A DNA stretch of 30,031 nt from Sphingomonadaceae bacterium (GTDB lineage Bacteria > Chloroflexota > UBA6077), in assembly GCA_050261575.1 (NCBI GenBank), contig JBLNDL010000078.1, forward strand, positions 124,001 through 154,031, written 5' to 3'. The position numbers and the translations under genes were made by a program. Positions 26,305 through 30,031 of the stretch are shown one piece after another. The notes under the pieces are model-generated. The model worked only from the letters and a program-made list of their open reading frames with translations. It was not told the DNA's origin and searched no databases. Position 1 is the stretch's first letter. The number at the start of each line of letters is the position of its first letter.

Positions 26305-26865
26305 CTAGCTGGCAGCGCCCTGCTGCTCCAACTGCTGCCGCCGAGCCTCCAGAGTGCCGACCAGGCCACCAAGCAGACCGCTCAGGACGCCAACCACACC
26401 CACGATGGGCGCCTGGAACCCGGCAACCATCTGGGAAAGCAGCACGGGCCTCGGCGGCAGATTGCCGAGATCGCCGACCTGCACCGGATCTAGGGCACGT
26501 CGACCGAGCAGCGCACCCTTGATCTTGAACACCTTGGAGCCGCGCTCGTAGTCGGACAGGACCTTGGCCGCAACGGCCTCATCTCCCGTTACGAAGGCGA
26601 CCGCGGTAGGACCCACCAGCGCCCCCTTCAGTTCCGGCTTCCCCGACTTGTCGGCCGCGAAGCCCATCAGGGTGTTCTTCGTGACGTGGTACTCCACACC
26701 GTGATCCCGCAGCTTGCGCCGCAGAGCGGCCATCTCGGCCACGGTCAGGCCGCGGTAGTCGGTCACCACCAGCAGATTGCTCTTCGACAGAAGCTCGGCG
26801 AACTCGTCTACCTCCCGCATCTTCTGCCGTCTGGCTTCGTTGATTCTTCCCTCTCTCTGGGGCAA
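26305..26865 (-). CDS. rplJ: 50S ribosomal protein L10
   Basis: DYRGLTVAEM, VTKNTL and GPTAVAF motifs; TTG start at 26865 after a perfect AAAGGAGGTGA RBS. Confidence 0.95.
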   Translation of the reverse strand: MPQREGRINEARRQKMREVDEFAELLSKSNLLVVTDYRGLTVAEMAALRRKLRDHGVEYHVTKNTLMGFAADKSGKPELKGALVGPTAVAFVTGDEAVAAKVLSDYERGSKVFKIKGALLGRRALDPVQVGDLGNLPPRPVLLSQMVAGFQAPIVGVVGVLSGLLGGLVGTLEARRQQLEQQGAAS

Positions 26866-27084
26866 CTCTTCACCTCCTTTCCTAGATGATCGGATCGCGT
26901 TTCCTCGGGCCGGCAGGGCGTGACGCGAGCGAGCGCAGCGGCACGCGGCCCCTGCGTTAGGTGGCATCTCGGCCACATCTCCTTGGGTCGACAGTGCGCG
27001 ATCCTCTGCCCAACACCACAAGGCAGTGTCGTCTCCGGGCGCCATGCACGAGCCCCGCTCAACGCATCCCGGCACGTCCACAGG

Positions 27085-27125
27085 ACAACAAAGAGGGTCT
27101 TTGGCTGCCTCAGCCAAAGACCCTC
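27085..27125 (-). terminator. Intrinsic-terminator/attenuator-like hairpin in the rplJ leader
   Basis: 15-bp perfect stem GAGGGTCTTTGGCTG-AGG-CAGCCAAAGACCCTC followed by TTTGTTGT on the minus strand. Confidence 0.65.
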
Positions 27126-27209
27126 GAACTCCCATTCCCACCCCTGGCCCCATAGGGACAGGTCCGAAACCCGCCACTACGGACCGATCAGGTACGGGAA
27201 GCATCGTCA

Positions 27210-27272
27210 AATCTTCGCCTCGGCAGGCCAGCGAGATTAAGTGCTCAAGGCACGCCTGCTGTCTACAGCTCT
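27210..27272 (-). ncRNA. L10 leader (ribosomal protein L10 autoregulatory element), conserved core
   Basis: GTAGACAGCAGG...TTAAT...CCTGCCGAGG on the minus strand just after rplA matches the L10-leader core. Confidence 0.85.
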
Positions 27273-27293
27273 ATTCGATTGGAAAGGCCTACC

Positions 27294-28001
27294 CTACGAC
27301 GCAGCCAGCGACAGGGTGGCCTGCAGGTCCAGCCTAACGCTGGGGCTCATGCTGCTGGCCATGGCGATGGAGCGGATGTACTGGCCCTTGGCACCGCTCG
27401 GCTTCGCCCTGACGACCGCGTCGACCAGGGAACTCAGGTTGGCAACCAACTGATCGTCGGTGAAGCTGAGCTTCCCGATGGGAACGTGGATGACAGCGGT
27501 CTTGTCCACTCGGAACTCGACCCGACCGGCCTTGACCTCCTTGATCACCTTGCCGATGTCGAAGGAGATGGTACCAGCCTTGGGGTTCGGCATCAACCCT
27601 CGCCGCCCCAGGATCTTTCCGAGCTTTCCGACCATGCCCATCATATCTGGAGTGGCAACGGCCACGTCGAACTCCAGCCAGCCGCCCTCGATCTTCTGCA
27701 CCAAGTCCTGTGCGCCCACGTAATCGGCGCCGGCCTCCTCGGCCTCCTTGGCCTTCTCGCCCTGCGCAAAAGCCAGGACGCGCACCGGCTTACCGGTGCC
27801 TGCGGGCAGCACTGCGAGGCCTCGAACCATCTGGTCAGCGTGTCGGGGGTCGACACCGGTGCGAAGGTGAACCTCCACAGTCGGGTCGAACTTGGTGTAG
27901 GAGATCTCGCGGAGAACCTTGATGGCTTCTTGCGGGGTATAGTACTTGTCGGAGTCCACCTTCTTGGCGGCCTCGATGTACCTCTTGCCGTGACTGGGCA
28001 T
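27294..28001 (-). CDS. rplA: 50S ribosomal protein L1
   Basis: [41 protein letters not shown] and [20 protein letters not shown]; start at 28001 or 28004. Confidence 0.98.
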   Translation of the reverse strand: MPSHGKRYIEAAKKVDSDKYYTPQEAIKVLREISYTKFDPTVEVHLRTGVDPRHADQMVRGLAVLPAGTGKPVRVLAFAQGEKAKEAEEAGADYVGAQDLVQKIEGGWLEFDVAVATPDMMGMVGKLGKILGRRGLMPNPKAGTISFDIGKVIKEVKAGRVEFRVDKTAVIHVPIGKLSFTDDQLVANLSSLVDAVVRAKPSGAKGQYIRSIAMASSMSPSVRLDLQATLSLAAS

Positions 28002-28013
28002 CATTACCTCCTC

Positions 28014-28044
28014 GTGGTGCCGGCGGGCCCTCAGGCCCTCCCAC
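28014..28044 (-). promoter_or_regulatory. Putative L1-binding mRNA element between rplK and rplA
   Basis: GTGGGAG-GGCC..GGCC-..-ACCAC stem with an internal loop immediately before the rplA RBS, as in known L1 operators. Confidence 0.7.
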
Positions 28045-28058
28045 AGACTAGAGCGCGG

Positions 28059-28481
28059 CTAACCGATGCTGACACCCATGCTTCGGGCGGTGCCCTCCAC
28101 CATCCGCATGGCGCCCTCAACGTCTACCGCGTTCAGATCCTTCATCTTCAGCTCGGCGATCTCCCGAACCTTCTCCCTGGACAGCGTTCCGACCTTGGTC
28201 TTGTGCGGAGCGCCGGAGGCCTTCTCGACGCCGATCGCCTTCTTGATCAGGTCGACCGTCGGGGGGGTCTTGGTAACGAATGTGAACGATCGATCCTCGA
28301 AGATAGTGATCTCAGCGGGGATCACCAATCCGGCCTGCCCGGCGGTTCGCTCGTTGTACTCCTTGCAGAACGCCATGATGTTCACGCCGTGCTGACCCAG
28401 AGCAGGGCCGACGGGGGGCGCAGGAGTCGCCTTGCCGGCAGGGATCTGCAACTTTACAATGGCCTTGACCTTCTTCGCCAT
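28059..28481 (-). CDS. rplK: 50S ribosomal protein L11
   Basis: [31 protein letters not shown] and GTARSMG. Confidence 0.98.
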   Translation of the reverse strand: MAKKVKAIVKLQIPAGKATPAPPVGPALGQHGVNIMAFCKEYNERTAGQAGLVIPAEITIFEDRSFTFVTKTPPTVDLIKKAIGVEKASGAPHKTKVGTLSREKVREIAELKMKDLNAVDVEGAMRMVEGTARSMGVSIG

Positions 28482-28612
28482 GAAGCTCTCCTTACACTCG
28501 CAAACAGGCGACGACCGCAGCCGTCGCCGCCCGTCTCGTCACCGTGAGTCTCGGCCCGAATGGCCGGGCCAAGCAGCAACAGATCGCCCCGGCAACCCCG
28601 GCCGGAGCCAGC

Positions 28613-29218
28613 TTACACTCGGGTCACCTGGAGGAAATCCAGCTCCACCGGCGTCTCCCGACCGAAGAAAGACACCAGCACCCGAACCTTGCCCTTCTCC
28701 AGGTTGATGTCGTCCACCACGCCGATGAAGTCCGTGAAGGGGCCGTCCACCACCTTCACACGCTCGCCCCTGGAGAAGCTGACCTTGACCTTGGGGGCCT
28801 CACGCCGCATCGCCTTCAGGATCTGCTTCACTTCCTGATCCAGGAGCGGCGTAGGCTTGCTGCCCGAACCCACGAAACCGGTGACGCCGGGCGTGTTTCG
28901 GACGACGTGCCAGGAGTGATCCGTAAGCAGCATCTGCACCAGCACGTAGCCGGGGAAGACCTTCTTCTGGACGGTCCGGCGCTGACCGTCCCGAATCTCG
29001 ATCTCGTCCTCGGTGGGGATGACCACCTGGAAGATCTGATCCTGGGCACCCATGGACTCGATCCGGTGCTCGAGGTTCGTCTTTACCTTGTTCTCGTAGC
29101 CCGAGTAGGTGTGAATGACGTACCACTTGGCATCGGGGTGCGCCGCTTCGACTTCCTGCTCCTGGACTTCCTGCTCTACGACCTGGCCCTGTGCTTCTTC
29201 TTCCATCAACTTGCTCAA
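28613..29218 (-). CDS. nusG: Transcription termination/antitermination factor NusG
   Basis: WYVIHTYSGYENKVK, FPGYVLV, VRNTPGVTGFVG, GPF and FGRETPVEL. Start at TTG 29218 or ATG 29206. Confidence 0.97.
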   Translation of the reverse strand: MSKLMEEEAQGQVVEQEVQEQEVEAAHPDAKWYVIHTYSGYENKVKTNLEHRIESMGAQDQIFQVVIPTEDEIEIRDGQRRTVQKKVFPGYVLVQMLLTDHSWHVVRNTPGVTGFVGSGSKPTPLLDQEVKQILKAMRREAPKVKVSFSRGERVKVVDGPFTDFIGVVDDINLEKGKVRVLVSFFGRETPVELDFLQVTRV

Positions 29219-29232
29219 GCTGTCTGCGCCCT

Positions 29233-29454
29233 CTAGCGCAGGATTATCCTAAACATCTCGCTAAAGGTGAAGTCGACCAATCCCAGGAATACGCCGACGG
29301 CAGCAGACACCCCAATGACGATCATCGTCAGGTTCACGGCCTCCTGCCGGGTGGGCCACACCACCTTCCGCAACTCCGACCGGATCTCGCGGAGAAACTC
29401 CCGCGCCCGCTCGGCCTGCCCCCTGCCCTTCTTTTCCTTCTCTTTGACGGGCAT
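29233..29454 (-). CDS. secE: Preprotein translocase subunit SecE
   Basis: ELRKVVWPTR motif followed by one TM helix; located between tRNA-Trp and nusG. Confidence 0.95.
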   Translation of the reverse strand: MPVKEKEKKGRGQAERAREFLREIRSELRKVVWPTRQEAVNLTMIVIGVSAAVGVFLGLVDFTFSEMFRIILR

Positions 29455-29508
29455 CGCTCTCCTACTTCGCCTCGACTTGGATTAGCACCGACCCACTCTA
29501 ACGCGCTC

Positions 29509-29585
<77 letters not shown>

Positions 29586-29628
29586 ACGGGCGCACAACAC
29601 CCTCTAAGGTGCCGCCACACCCGCACAG

Positions 29629-29657
29629 ATGTTACCAGCCGACCCGAGGGGTGTCAA
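29629..29657 (-). promoter_or_regulatory. Sigma70 promoter for trnW-secE-nusG
   Basis: TTGACA (29657-29652), a 17-nt spacer ending TGG, and TAACAT (29634-29629). Confidence 0.8.
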
Positions 29658-29662
29658 GGAGC

Positions 29663-29732
29663 CGACGCGGGGGACACGGAGACGCGGGGACTCCACCTCT
29701 CCGCGTCCCCGCGTCTCCCCTTCTCCGCGTCG
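29663..29732. repeat. Hairpin built from GACRCGGR short repeats downstream of rpmG
   Basis: GGAGACGCGGGGAC (29678-29691) and GTCCCCGCGTCTCC (29705-29718) form a perfect 14-bp inverted repeat, with outer CGACGCGG / CCGCGTCG. Confidence 0.75.
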
Positions 29733-29734
29733 AG

Positions 29735-29899
29735 CTACTTCGTCTCCCGGTGCTCGGTGTGTGTCCGGCAGCGCGGGCAGTACTTCTTCAGCACCAGCCG
29801 GTCGGGATCGTTCTTCCGGTTCTTCTCGGTGTGGTAGGTCCGCTCCCGGCACTCGGTGCACGACAGGGTGATTAGTATTCTGTCTGCTTTCTTAGCCAT
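29735..29899 (-). CDS. rpmG: 50S ribosomal protein L33 (zinc-ribbon, Cys-containing form)
   Basis: Manual translation: [54 protein letters not shown]. Confidence 0.97.
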   Translation of the reverse strand: MAKKADRILITLSCTECRERTYHTEKNRKNDPDRLVLKKYCPRCRTHTEHRETK

Positions 29900-29911
29900 T
29901 ACTGGGTTATC

Positions 29912-30031
29912 CTAATCCAAAACCTTGGTGACGGCTCCGGCACCCACCGTGCGACCACCCTCGCGGATTGCGAACCGCAACCCCTCTTCCAGCGCGATCG
30001 GCTGGATCAGCTCGATCTCCATCTGCACGTT
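29912..30031 (-). CDS. tuf: Elongation factor Tu, C-terminal end (partial)
   Basis: Manual translation: [39 protein letters not shown]. Confidence 0.97.
   Translation of the reverse strand, partial: NVQMEIELIQPIALEEGLRFAIREGGRTVGAGAVTKVLD

Overview
GC-rich bacterial chromosomal window. The lineage is probably Chloroflexota, inferred from the L1/L11 sequence style and the tuf-rpmG-trnW-secE-nusG-rplKAJL order without adjacent rpoB; this is not proven. From left to right: (1) 1-6.7 kb is a motility/signalling block with flbD-motA-motB(partial), two NarL/LuxR response regulators, a stand-alone HisKA_3 (DHp-only) protein, a membrane GAF/HD-GYP protein and a GAF-HisKA-HATPase-REC hybrid kinase, bounded by tRNA-Arg(UCU). 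(2) Housekeeping genes follow: tautomerase, cinA, thiD, flavin reductase and a fused MFS/spermidine-synthase-like gene. (3) A tetrapyrrole operon has an unusual SirC-HemA fusion, hemC and cobA-hemD. (4) uvrB-uvrA. (5) A MidA-type methyltransferase, a decayed XRE-HTH gene, an M50 protease, an HD protein and tyrA. (6) The ribosomal cluster with L10 and L1 leaders and tRNA-Trp. The best candidate for a novel system is the left block. One regulator carries a DosR/DevR-like recognition helix, and tandem DosR-like boxes sit with the same geometry in front of both the regulator-flbD-motAB operon and the HD-GYP gene. The DHp-only protein could link the hybrid kinase to the regulators. Intergenic spaces hold several families of REP-like and short tandem repeats. 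No database searches were run.
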